64,000 nt of DNA from Nitrospirota bacterium (GCA_021790195.1 JAJYIF010000011.1:19069-83068), one strand, 5' to 3'. Shown: positions 1-9,087, numbered from the stretch's first letter. Translations and numbers: made by a program. Notes: generated by a model from the letters alone, not told the origin.

Positions 1-387
1 GGCGACGCGGGGATCAATGCCTATGGTGAGACTGTCGAAGATGTTTTCGTGAATGCCGCTATCGGTATGTATAGCCTTATCACGGACCTGAACGGGATAA
101 AAGAAATGAAAGAGGTCCAGGTGAAGGCGGAAAGTCATTCCCTGGAGGGGCTTATCGTTTCGTGGCTCAATGAGCTTGTGTTCCTTTTCGATGCGTTCGG
201 CTTTGTCGGGAAGAGGATAATCATAAAGACCTTCGGGGACTACAGGATCACAGCGGTTGTCCGGGGAGAGGATTTCGATCCCGATAGGCACGAGAGGAGA
301 TTGCTTATTAAGGCGGCAACCTATCATCAGCTCAGCATAGCCGAAGAGAAAGGGCTCTGGACTGCGAGAGTGATATTCGATATATGA
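1..387 (+). CDS. Archease (5' end lies outside the window)
   Basis: Frame 1 is open from base 1. The C-terminal translation ...LLIKAATYHQLSIAEEKGLWTARVIFDI matches the archease family C-terminus. It lies directly upstream of rtcB, the usual archease-RtcB pairing. Confidence 0.8.
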   Translation, partial: GDAGINAYGETVEDVFVNAAIGMYSLITDLNGIKEMKEVQVKAESHSLEGLIVSWLNELVFLFDAFGFVGKRIIIKTFGDYRITAVVRGEDFDPDRHERRLLIKAATYHQLSIAEEKGLWTARVIFDI

Positions 388-479
388 AGAACAAGTCAAG
401 GCAAAGGATAAGGCTGAGGTCAAGATTGAGAGCTCAACCTTGACCTTAATCTCAACCTGCTTGGGAAGGAGGTGATCTT

Positions 480-1925
480 GTGGGTATAGAGAAACTGAGG
501 AGGATCGACGGGACAAGGATGGAAGTCCCTGTGGACTATAAGGCCGGGATGAGGGTCAGGGGGATAATCTACGTGGACGAAGTCCTTGACGATGCCCTCG
601 AGAACCAATCGGTGGAACAGGTGGCCAACGTGGCGACTCTGCCCGGGATTGTCAGGGCATCCCTTGCCATGCCCGATATTCACACGGGCTATGGCTTTGC
701 CATCGGCGGTGTCGCCGCCTTCGATATCAAGGAGGGAATCATCTCTCCTGGCGGTGTAGGTTATGACATAAATTGAGGCGTCCGTCTTCTCAGGAGCAAC
801 CTCAGAAGAGGTGAGGTCCTCCCGAGAATAAAGGACCTCGTGGGGGTCCTTCACAGCGAGATACCTTCGGGCGTGGGCTCGAAAGGGAAGATCCGTCTCA
901 GCCCTCAGGACGAAAGAAGGCTGCTTACGTCGGGCGCCAGGTGGGCCGTCGAAAACGGTTATGGGGAAGCGTCGGATCTCGAGAGGATAGAGTCGGGCGG
1001 CTATATCGAGGGCGCAGATCCCGAGCTCATAAGTCAGAAGGCTTACGAAAGAGGACGGGCCCAGCAGGGGACCCTTGGTTCCGGCAATCACTTCCTCGAG
1101 ATCCAATATGTAGATGAGATATACGACGAAAAGGCGGCCCAGGCCCTCGGCCTCTTCAGGGACCAGATGACTGTCATGATACATACCGGCTCAAGAGGTT
1201 TCGGCCACCAGGTCTGCACCGATTTTCTGGAGGTGATGGAGAGGGCCGTCAGCAAATATGGAATCGAGCTGCCGGACAAGGAGCTTGCATGTGCGCCTTT
1301 TAACAGCCCCGAGGCGAGAGATTATCTCGCGGCAATGAGGGCCGCAGCCAATTATGCCTGGGCGAACAGGCAGTGTATTATGCATTGGGCGAGGGAGGCG
1401 TTCCTCAGGGTCTTTGCGGCCACGCCGAAAGACCTCGGCATGGGCCTTATCTACGACGTGGCACACAATATAGCCAAGGTCGAAGACCATATTGTGGACG
1501 GAAAGAACATGAAGCTTATCGTCCACAGGAAAGGCGCGACACGCGCGTTTCCGCCGGGGCATCCCGAGCTGCCTGCGGCTTATGGGAAGACGGGACAGCC
1601 TGTCCTGATACCCGGAGACATGGGAAGGGCCTCCTTCGTTCTTATAGGGACTGAAAAAGCGATGCAGGAGACCTTCGGCTCTACCTGTCACGGCGCCGGG
1701 AGGATGATGTCGAGACATCAGGCCATACGCCGGGCAAAGGGCCGGGCGATCTGGCGGGAGATGGAGGACAAGGGAATAATCGTGAGGTCTGCCGGAAGGG
1801 AGACGCTCGCTGAAGAAATGCCGGAGGCTTACAAGGACATAACCAATGTCGTCGATGTCGTGCATAATGCAGGGATATCGAGAAAGGTCGCGCGTCTCAG
1901 GCCCATGGGCGTGATTAAGGGGTGA
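480..1925 (+). CDS. rtcB: RNA-splicing ligase RtcB with one in-frame TGA (774-776) at the active-site Cys position; candidate selenoprotein, otherwise a pseudogene or sequencing error
   Basis: ORFs 480-776 and 840-1925 share one frame. The joined translation has RtcB motifs ([49 protein letters not shown]). AGGAGGTG lies 5 nt before the GTG start at 480. Confidence 0.85.
785..809 (+). promoter_or_regulatory. Candidate bacterial SECIS hairpin downstream of the rtcB UGA
   Basis: The arms tcttctcagg and cctcagaaga flank the loop agcaa, and 9 of 10 positions pair. The stem starts 8 nt after the TGA. The G-containing apical loop starts 18 nt after the TGA. Folded by eye only. Confidence 0.4.
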
Positions 1926-1929
1926 TTGG

Positions 1930-2220
1930 ATGAAAATTTGCGCATTATGCAATAAAAAGATAGAGGTCGACAAGTATTTTTCGAGGAAGTCCGCGTGTCC
2001 GCACTGCAGAGGAGACCTTCACATCTGTCTGAACTGCAGGTTCTATTCTGAAACTGCTCACAACAAGTGCCTTGAACCTAAGGCCGAATTTCAGCGGTCG
2101 CGGGACAAGGCAAACTTTTGTGACTATTTCGTTTTCAAGGACGGACCGTCAGTCGCCGCATCCGGCGCTGAAAGGGAGGATGCGAGGAAGAAGTTCGACG
2201 ACTTGTTTAGAAAATCCTGA
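1930..2220 (+). CDS. Small Cys-rich (zinc-ribbon-like) protein coupled to rtcB
   Basis: 96 aa with CALC, CPHC and CLNC pairs plus further Cys residues. The ATG lies 4 nt after the rtcB stop. No family name recognised. Confidence 0.6.
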   Translation: MKICALCNKKIEVDKYFSRKSACPHCRGDLHICLNCRFYSETAHNKCLEPKAEFQRSRDKANFCDYFVFKDGPSVAASGAEREDARKKFDDLFRKS

Positions 2221-2363
2221 AGGCGGTGCACCTTGCAGTTGCCAAGCTGCTTGATTTGGATATGACCGCTTGGCTGATTCGTGCCGGCACATTAATGTTC
2301 TCGATAAGAAACCATCTGCATTTCGATTTCTCACCGCGAAGTAAAGAATATGGGAAGTGGAGC

Positions 2364-2768
2364 CTATGGGTTTTCCTTCCTCAATTTCTTCTGTATTGCA
2401 TTTTCTATCTCTGCATGAGATCTTGTTATCTTTACATTAGTCTGCTGTGGAAAGTGCCATAAACTTGCACCATGTGTCGCACTGATATTACTTCCGAGCG
2501 AGGAAGAAAACTTATCCTTCAAGGAATGAATTATGGCTACATCGCAGATTAATTTGTCATGCCTGCAAGACTTTGCCTTATCATCAAACCGTTTATCCGC
2601 ACTTTCGAGAGGTTCAACAATGTGCGCCCGCACATTAAATTCCGACAAGAATCTGTGGCATACAATATTCCCATATCGAGAGAGCCCTCTGTAACTTAAT
2701 GGTTTGCGAGAACTACCATCGACAACCCTCCCTTCAATTGATTCACCTACCGATACGATTTCTACCAT
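2364..2768 (-). CDS. Hypothetical protein, third gene of the low-GC cassette
   Basis: 134-aa ORF starting 4 nt after the stop of the preceding cassette gene. Low GC (23/60 in sample 2521-2580). No recognisable family. Confidence 0.4.
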   Translation of the reverse strand: MVEIVSVGESIEGRVVDGSSRKPLSYRGLSRYGNIVCHRFLSEFNVRAHIVEPLESADKRFDDKAKSCRHDKLICDVAIIHSLKDKFSSSLGSNISATHGASLWHFPQQTNVKITRSHAEIENAIQKKLRKENP

Positions 2769-2772
2769 TTCG

Positions 2773-3252
2773 CTATTTTCGGATTAAAGCAGTCAGTATC
2801 TGTTCAGCATCATCAATTTCGCAATTGAACATAACTGATAATTGTTCGGCATCAAAAACAAGTGCAGAAACATTCATAAGTAATTGGATTTCACTCTTAA
2901 GCTCATCCAAATTATATTTTATAGCGGGAGGCAAATATTCTTGAACGATATTTTCAAACTCCTCATCGGTAATATTTCCAATTTTGTGATTTAATTGATG
3001 TCCAAGAAACTCTCTATTCTTTAGAAGATAAAAGAACGCCTTATTGATTATTGGCGATATTCGATCAACAACCTTATTAGCTGCATAAATGCTTAAAATA
3101 GCTGGAGAGGTCTCGATAGAGATACCTTCCTTGCTAATAATTACTTTAGTAACATCATCTACTGTCGTAACGTCAATCTCGCCCTTTAGCCTATCTTCGG
3201 CAAAAACTTTATCACATTCAATAGTAAGAGCATTATCTTCTCGTTCTGGCAT
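2773..3252 (-). CDS. Hypothetical protein, second gene of the low-GC cassette
   Basis: 159-aa ORF starting 3 nt after the stop of the first cassette gene. About 32% GC in sample 3001-3060. Acidic and helix-rich by eye. No recognisable family. Confidence 0.5.
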   Translation of the reverse strand: MPEREDNALTIECDKVFAEDRLKGEIDVTTVDDVTKVIISKEGISIETSPAILSIYAANKVVDRISPIINKAFFYLLKNREFLGHQLNHKIGNITDEEFENIVQEYLPPAIKYNLDELKSEIQLLMNVSALVFDAEQLSVMFNCEIDDAEQILTALIRK

Positions 3253-3255
3253 AAT

Positions 3256-3552
3256 CTATCCTTTCAATTCCATTTCCTTTTGAAATTTCTCATTTAAGCC
3301 ATTCAATTCTTTTAGTAACTGTTGAAAAACGGGATAGTCCATTACTAATTTAGCGACTGGCATAGGTTTAATACTCTCTGGACTAATTTTGCTTGCACCA
3401 CTTAATGAAACTGCCAATGCCTGATAGTCAAGCTGATAAAACGACATTGCAAAATTATTATTAACACGTGCAACCTTTAATAAATCAATTTTTGTATACG
3501 GAATTTGATCATTCACTCCTATATCAGTAAAGCCAATTACTTTTGCTTGCAT
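3256..3552 (-). CDS. Hypothetical small protein, first gene of the low-GC cassette (loose DUF3467-like look)
   Basis: I chose the start at 3552 (MQAKVIGF...) because GGAGGT (complement of 3557-3562) precedes it; the ORF-track start is 3579. The DUF3467 resemblance is from memory and is weak. Confidence 0.5.
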   Translation of the reverse strand: MQAKVIGFTDIGVNDQIPYTKIDLLKVARVNNNFAMSFYQLDYQALAVSLSGASKISPESIKPMPVAKLVMDYPVFQQLLKELNGLNEKFQKEMELKG

Positions 3553-3590
3553 ATAGACCTCCGAGTTCAAAATTGTCAATATTTGAATAT

Positions 3591-3620
3591 ATTATACGCG
3601 ACTTTCTCACTTTCTGTCGC
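3591..3620 (-). promoter_or_regulatory. Putative promoter and operator of the low-GC cassette
   Basis: On the minus strand: GCGACA (3615-3620), an 18-nt spacer, then TATAAT (3591-3596). The inverted repeat GCGAC-N13-GTCGC (3598-3620) overlaps the -35 region and spacer. Confidence 0.35.
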
Positions 3621-3798
3621 ACTACCAACCAGTTATTGAGCGGTTTATTAGTGTGGTATTAGTTCCCTCCCTCTCAAATCTCCCCTTTTCCGTCACAGCC
3701 CTCCTCCTCTGACAGAACTTGCTTCGTTACGACGATATAATAGAAAAATCAAGAGGAAGATGCAAGGAAAATAACCTTTCCTCAGACGGACGTATTTA

Positions 3799-4818
3799 TC
3801 ACGCCTTTATTATCAACGCTGCCACATATGCCAGATAAAGAGCCCCTCCGAAGAGGAGGGTTACCGGTGAAAGGCTCTTTCTGAATGTAAGCTGCGCGAG
3901 CATGATCAGCCCCGAGGCCATCGCAATGACAGCGGAGAAGAGGGCCAGGCCGGTAAGGCGCCAGTCGGTGAACAGCAGCCCCACGGAGACCGGAAAGGTG
4001 GCCTGAAAGACCATAGCGCCGGTTATGTTGCCGATGGCCAGAGTGTCACGCCCTTTCCATGTCCATGTGACGCTGTTGAATTTTTCCGGAAGCTCAGTGG
4101 CGACCGGCGCAAGGATGAGAGCGAACAGGAGGGGATCCATACCCAAACTGACAGAGACATGTCCGAGGCTCGCCACGAAGGTTTGCGCGCCCTCGACCAT
4201 GATAACCAGCGAGCAGATTACCTGGACAAGTATGAGGGCGATATGAGGCGAGGGGGACTTGCTCAAGCCGAGCCTTCTGCAAAATCTCCAGAGATACATC
4301 CCTTCGGCATGTTCTATGTCCGCGCTCTCGCCCCTGAAGGTCCGGTAGGCATAATAGAAGTACCCTGCGATCAGGATCATGACGATGAACACTGAGAATC
4401 TCTTCCCGGAAAGGAACGACGCAAGCACAGCGAGCGCATACATGGGAAGGAAGAAGAGGAGGTCTCTCTGTGTGGAGTGGGCCTCGACGTTTACATGGAA
4501 ATCCCTTCTCTTCCGGAAGGTCGATACGACAACCGTTATACCGACCAGAAAAAATGCGAGGGTGGAGAGCATGAACGGCGCGCCGAGTATTGCGCCTACG
4601 CCGATCTCCTTTGCCGATTCCCCGCCGTAAAGGAATATGGCGACCAGGGGCAAAATGGTCTCGGGCAGGGCCGTTCCCACGGCCGCCAGGATGCTGCCGA
4701 CTACCGCCTGGGAGAGAGAAAACCTCCTGCCGAGGTTCTCGATACCGTTGGTGAAACCTTCGGCCGCGGCAAGGATCATTGTGAGCCCGATCAGGAGAAG
4801 GACGATCTCGGAAAGCAT
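3799..4818 (-). CDS. Ca2+/cation antiporter (CaCA family, YrbG-like) membrane protein
   Basis: 339 aa and polytopic. Both alpha-repeat signatures are present (GSILAAVGTALPE and PVATELPEKF). The start overlaps the upstream usp stop by 1 nt (TGATG). Confidence 0.85.
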   Translation of the reverse strand: MLSEIVLLLIGLTMILAAAEGFTNGIENLGRRFSLSQAVVGSILAAVGTALPETILPLVAIFLYGGESAKEIGVGAILGAPFMLSTLAFFLVGITVVVSTFRKRRDFHVNVEAHSTQRDLLFFLPMYALAVLASFLSGKRFSVFIVMILIAGYFYYAYRTFRGESADIEHAEGMYLWRFCRRLGLSKSPSPHIALILVQVICSLVIMVEGAQTFVASLGHVSVSLGMDPLLFALILAPVATELPEKFNSVTWTWKGRDTLAIGNITGAMVFQATFPVSVGLLFTDWRLTGLALFSAVIAMASGLIMLAQLTFRKSLSPVTLLFGGALYLAYVAALIIKA

Positions 4819-5690
4819 CAGTGTATCACGAGCACGGGACAGGGGTACGCCCTCAAAACGGCGTCGGTCACGCTTCCAATGAGTATCCCTCTTATGAAGG
4901 AATGGCCCCTTGCGCCCATCACTATGAGATCGACGTCATTCCTCGAAGCTAATGAAATGATTTCCTTAGGTGGCTCGCCTTCCAATATGATCCCTTCCCC
5001 GCCGATACCCGATGTAGCAAGAAGGTCCGAGAGGTCGCCTCTCGCTTGGCCCAAAAGCTCTTCGGCGAGCCTGTCCATGTGCTCACCCGGGACCATCTTC
5101 TGTTTGATGACATGAGTCGGAACGACATGCGCCACCTCAATTTCTGAAGAGAAGATGCTCGCCACTTCAGCGGCAGCCTTCAGCGCCTTTTTTGCTGCCT
5201 CGGAGAAATCCACCGGACAGAGGACCTTTCGTATACTTACGGATCCGATCCCGGCAGACTCCGCTTTCTTGCCCTTCGCAACGAGCACCGGCATCTCAAG
5301 AGTCTTGATGAGTTTCTCGGAGCTGCTGCGTCTGAGGGCGTGGTGCTGAAAGCCTATCACGAGCATCCCAGCTTTCAGTTTCCCGATTTCGGAGTGAAAA
5401 GACTCCTGAAGTCTGCCGACCACAACCTCCAGGGCAGGCTCGATGCCTGTTTCCCTGAGCCTGTCCTTCCATGTGCCGAATTTCTCTTCGGCGTTCTTTT
5501 CCTCCTCTTCTATGTACCGGTCGAGGTATGCCGGAGGGGTGACAAGGAAGTCTATGACATGCAGGACATGTAGAGACGCGCCGAGTCCTTTCGCAAAAAG
5601 TGACGCATAGGCCAGGACCTTTCCGGTGTCGGGACCGAGGTCGATGCCGGCAAGGACTTTTTCAATCTTCATTGTCTGGGAAGAATTCAT
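4818..5690 (-). CDS. Universal stress protein, tandem UspA domains
   Basis: Two Usp-like halves, the second ending in the typical ...DLIVMGARGHSFIRGILIGSVTDAVLRAYPCPVLVI. Confidence 0.85.
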   Translation of the reverse strand: MNSSQTMKIEKVLAGIDLGPDTGKVLAYASLFAKGLGASLHVLHVIDFLVTPPAYLDRYIEEEEKNAEEKFGTWKDRLRETGIEPALEVVVGRLQESFHSEIGKLKAGMLVIGFQHHALRRSSSEKLIKTLEMPVLVAKGKKAESAGIGSVSIRKVLCPVDFSEAAKKALKAAAEVASIFSSEIEVAHVVPTHVIKQKMVPGEHMDRLAEELLGQARGDLSDLLATSGIGGEGIILEGEPPKEIISLASRNDVDLIVMGARGHSFIRGILIGSVTDAVLRAYPCPVLVIH

Positions 5691-5730
5691 TCGGCGCCGG
5701 TCCTATGCAAAGGATACCAGAAAGAGACCC

Positions 5731-5761
5731 AAAAAAAAAGGGATAGATGTCGGTCTATCCC
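5731..5761 (-). terminator. Rho-independent terminator after hup
   Basis: The minus strand has the stem GGGATAGA/TCTATCCC (5740-5761) followed by a run of 9 T (complement of 5731-5739). Confidence 0.6.
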
Positions 5762-5783
5762 TTGCGATGAAATAAAAAAAAGA

Positions 5784-6056
5784 TTATCTTACTGCGTCCT
5801 TTAGCGCTTTGCCTGACGTGAACTTGGGAGTCTTTGCTGCAGGAATGGTTATTACGGCACCTGTCCTCGGATTACGACCCTTCCGGGCTTTCCTCTTAAC
5901 CACTGAGAAGGTCCCAAAACCTACCAGTGTAACTTTCTGGCCTTTCTTCAACGACGCCTTTACTGCGTTCAGTGTCGAATCCAATGCCTTGCTTGCATCC
6001 GCCTTGCTAAGCCCGGCGCCAGAAGCTATCTTGTCGATAAGCTCCGCCTTTGTCAT
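5784..6056 (-). CDS. hup: DNA-binding protein HU
   Basis: 90 aa: [11 protein letters not shown]...[48 protein letters not shown] is canonical HU/IHF sequence. Confidence 0.95.
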   Translation of the reverse strand: MTKAELIDKIASGAGLSKADASKALDSTLNAVKASLKKGQKVTLVGFGTFSVVKRKARKGRNPRTGAVITIPAAKTPKFTSGKALKDAVR

Positions 6057-6273
6057 TTACTTCCCCCCTTTCTTTAGTATTTCTCTAAGATTCCGCACTG
6101 TCTAAAGGTATCAAGAAGAGAACCTTTTGTCAAGCCAAAAATTTTGCGGTCAGGCTAAGAAAAAATCATGCCAGAGACCGGGCCGGCGACCAGCTGAATT
6201 CGGCTCTATATTTCAATCAAAAGCAAAGTCGGACTGTGGATTTTCCCGCTCCTCTATGGTATGTTTAGAAACG

Positions 6274-7941
6274 ATGCTCAGGCAGCTGCGTATTAGGGAC
6301 TTTGCGATCATCGACAGCCTGACCCTGGACCTCGAACCGGGTCTGAATGTCCTCACCGGCGAGACCGGGGCCGGGAAGTCCATAATCGTGGACGCCCTCG
6401 GTCTTACGCTCGGTGAAAGGGCGCACGCGGACATGATCAGGAGCGGGAAGAAGGAGACCTCCATAGAGGCGTATTTCGATATCAGGTCTCACCCTCTTCT
6501 GGAGCGGGCGGGCATCCCTGCCGAAGAAGGAGTGATCCTCCGGAGGACCCTCTCCTCAACGGGCAAGAGCAAGGCGTATATAAACGATACAATGGTGAAT
6601 CTTCAGACGCTCCTGGAGTTCGGCCGCTCGCTCGTCGATATACACGGACAGCACGAGCACCAGAGTCTGCTCTCGACCGACAATCAGATGTCCATGCTCG
6701 ACGCCTATGGGAAGCTGCTCGATGTCAGGTCCGAAGTGGAGAAGCTTTTCCATGAGACGCAGTCCCTTGGACAGGAACTCTCGGCCCTGAAGGGCGATAT
6801 CAGGGAAAGGGCACAGAGGAGCGATCTTCTAAAATTTCAGGTGAATGAGATAGACGCCTCGTCCTTGAAGCCCGGCGAACCGGAGGCGCTGAAAGAGGAA
6901 AGGACAATACTTGCGAATCTTGCAAGGCTCCGTGAGCTGACCGAGTCGGCGCGCGAGCTCCTTTACAGCGGGGAGGGTTCTTCATCCGAGAAGCTGTCCG
7001 CCGCTCTCGCATTTGTGAAAGATATCTCCCGTATAGACCCGACTGCCGGCGATGTTCTGCGCCTCCTCGAATCGGCGCTGCCCCTTATTGAAGATGCGGG
7101 CGTTTCGCTCAGGGGATACATGGAAAAATATGATATGGATCCCGGCAGACTCGAAGAGATAGAAGACAGGCTTGAGCTCATCAGGGGGCTCGAAAGGAAA
7201 TACGGGGAAGGGGTGGATGCGATTCTGAAACACAGGGACGATGCGGAGAGGGAGCTGCAGATGCTCACTCTTTCCGATGAAAGGCTGAAGGACCTGGAGG
7301 ACGGGCTCAAGGGCAAGGAAGATATGCTCTCCGCAAAGGCCGCTCGTCTTTCGGAGATGAGGAAGGAGGTGTCGCGGAAGATCGAGCGGGCCGTCAAGAC
7401 CATACTTGCCGACCTCGGAATGGAGAAGGCCGAGTTTGCGATTGATCTCAAAACAGCGCCTCTCTCTTCAGCCGGAGCCGACGCCATAGAGTTTCTTTTC
7501 TCTGCTAACAAGGGAGAGCCGCCGAAGTCTCTTGCGAGGGTGGCCTCCGGCGGGGAGCTTTCGAGGATAATGCTGGCCCTGAAGGAGATCCTTGCCGAGG
7601 TGGACAGGGTGCCTGTCCTGATCTTCGACGAGGTGGACGCGGGCATCGGGGGAAGGACCGCAGAAAGCATCGGCATAAAGTTAAGAGACCTCGGCGGCCG
7701 TCACCAGGTCTTGTGCATTACGCACCTTCCGCAGATCGCCTCGATGGCGCACCATCACGTTATGATAGAGAAGGCGCAAAGAAAAGAAGGCATCTGTGTT
7801 AAAGTAAAAGAGCTGTCGGACAGGGAGCGCGAGGAGGAGATCGCGAGAATGCTTGGGGGGAAGGTGACGGACATATCCCTCAGGCATGCAAGAGAGCTCC
7901 TGAGGCAGTCAACCGTCGCCGGTCAGCAGTCATTAGTCTGA
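6274..7941 (+). CDS. recN: DNA repair protein RecN
   Basis: MLRQLRIRDFAIIDSL...LNVLTGETGAGKSIIVDAL (Walker A), a long coiled coil, then a C-terminal SGGELSRIMLALK...LIFDEVDAGIGG. I chose the start at 6274 rather than the ORF-track 6127, because the extension has no RecN-like sequence. Confidence 0.9.
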   Translation: MLRQLRIRDFAIIDSLTLDLEPGLNVLTGETGAGKSIIVDALGLTLGERAHADMIRSGKKETSIEAYFDIRSHPLLERAGIPAEEGVILRRTLSSTGKSKAYINDTMVNLQTLLEFGRSLVDIHGQHEHQSLLSTDNQMSMLDAYGKLLDVRSEVEKLFHETQSLGQELSALKGDIRERAQRSDLLKFQVNEIDASSLKPGEPEALKEERTILANLARLRELTESARELLYSGEGSSSEKLSAALAFVKDISRIDPTAGDVLRLLESALPLIEDAGVSLRGYMEKYDMDPGRLEEIEDRLELIRGLERKYGEGVDAILKHRDDAERELQMLTLSDERLKDLEDGLKGKEDMLSAKAARLSEMRKEVSRKIERAVKTILADLGMEKAEFAIDLKTAPLSSAGADAIEFLFSANKGEPPKSLARVASGGELSRIMLALKEILAEVDRVPVLIFDEVDAGIGGRTAESIGIKLRDLGGRHQVLCITHLPQIASMAHHHVMIEKAQRKEGICVKVKELSDREREEEIARMLGGKVTDISLRHARELLRQSTVAGQQSLV

Positions 7942-7962
7942 ATCCGGAGGAATAGATTCGGG

Positions 7963-8202
7963 ATGAAAGGCAGGATTTTGATAGACAGAGAGCTTTGCAA
8001 GGGCTGCAAGTATTGCGTGCTGGCCTGCGTGAGGGGCGTGATCGCTATTGACAGCGAGTTCAACTCAAGCGGATATTTTCCGGCCAAAGAGGCGGCAGTC
8101 GAGAAATGTAACGGCTGTGCTTTGTGCGCGCAGATGTGCCCCGAGCTGGCTATAATGGTCCGGAAGGAAGAGGACGCGGCCAAGATTTCTTCTGCTGCTT
8201 AA
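7963..8202 (+). CDS. 2x[4Fe-4S] ferredoxin-domain protein
   Basis: 79 aa with CKGCKYCVLAC and CNGCALCAQMCP cluster motifs. GGAGG lies upstream. Confidence 0.8.
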   Translation: MKGRILIDRELCKGCKYCVLACVRGVIAIDSEFNSSGYFPAKEAAVEKCNGCALCAQMCPELAIMVRKEEDAAKISSAA

Positions 8203-8295
8203 ACCCCTGTCCGTTGTATCCGCCTCTGCGGAAATACTTCAAAAAAAATGCCCGGCATGTCGAGTACAGGCATTCTTTTCAGTCGACGGACGTTC

Positions 8296-9087
8296 CTAAT
8301 AATAAGGCGAATAGACTACTATGTTCATCGTCTTGTTGTCGCCCTGGGTCACGGTCACGGTGCCTCCGTTAGTGCCAACGCACACCGGGTTTCCCACATA
8401 CTCCTGATGCTGGTCGCCAAGACATTGGGATTCATAAATATAATAAGTCCCGCCGCTCTTCAGATTCATGAGGTAGTTCCCGTTTGCATCTGTGCGCTCA
8501 AGCGCCAGGTACTTTACAGGTCCGCAGCGGTTGGGGCCGTGCTGGTCAGGGTTGTATGGTCCGTAACTGGCGCTTATGCAGGGCTCGGTCTGTGCCCTCA
8601 CATAGCGGCCTGCCAGGGGGTTCCCTTTATCGTCTTTGACGGTCCCGGAGATCGTTATGGCCGGCTGGAAGAACGAAGCATATTTGGTGCCTAGGTCGGT
8701 CACCGATCCGTCCGTAATTGTGACAGTGGTCAACTGGGTCCAGGTATAATCGCCTGCCTCTGGCGGCCCCAAAGGACGGGCTGCACTGCCGAGATTCTGT
8801 CTTCTGGTAATTCGAATATAGTAAGCGCCGGCGGAAACGCTGGCGCTGATTCTTCCGTTTGCATCTGAAGGTCCGAGAATAAAGTCCGGGGGAGTGAAGA
8901 TCTTTTCCATGGGGGGGCCATCCGCTGCATTATGCAGATAAACATAAGCGTAAGCAAGCGGTTGTTGAACGTTATTGCTGTCCGTGTATTTGAATGTCAC
9001 TGTGAGCGTCCCGGTCGCCCCGGCAGAACCTGCGGTAAAGGCAGAAACCAATATCAGAAAGAAAGCGATAGCCATACACCGCTTCAT
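8296..9087 (-). CDS. Secreted protein with carboxypeptidase-regulatory-like beta-sandwich repeats
   Basis: Signal peptide MKRCMAIAFFLILVSAFTAGSAGA. GAGGAGG Shine-Dalgarno (SD) sequence. Repeated motif of the ...NG.Y...L..G.Y... type. Function unknown. Confidence 0.6.
   Translation of the reverse strand: MKRCMAIAFFLILVSAFTAGSAGATGTLTVTFKYTDSNNVQQPLAYAYVYLHNAADGPPMEKIFTPPDFILGPSDANGRISASVSAGAYYIRITRRQNLGSAARPLGPPEAGDYTWTQLTTVTITDGSVTDLGTKYASFFQPAITISGTVKDDKGNPLAGRYVRAQTEPCISASYGPYNPDQHGPNRCGPVKYLALERTDANGNYLMNLKSGGTYYIYESQCLGDQHQEYVGNPVCVGTNGGTVTVTQGDNKTMNIVVYSPYY

Noticed and set aside
1191-1973. Long ORFs antisense to, or out of frame with, well-supported genes. Examples: 420-1184(-), 1191-1973(-), 6963-7676(-), 14667-15356(-), 16357-17106(-), 20172-20981(-), 27458-28492(+), 31277-32089(+), 39640-40569(-), 41345-42052(-).
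   Set aside because: Each lies entirely inside a gene with clear family motifs on the other strand or frame. Their translations are Arg/Pro/Gly-rich and low-complexity, typical of shadow ORFs in GC-rich DNA.
6127-6273. N-terminal extensions offered by the ORF track for recN (6127), the oxidoreductase (11060), the cytochrome (19071), tolC (48636), mazG (50442), gatB (56638), the small lipoprotein (39462) and the Zn-ribbon protein (36448).
   Set aside because: The extensions lack family-like sequence. The internal starts I chose coincide with canonical N-termini, signal peptides or SD motifs.
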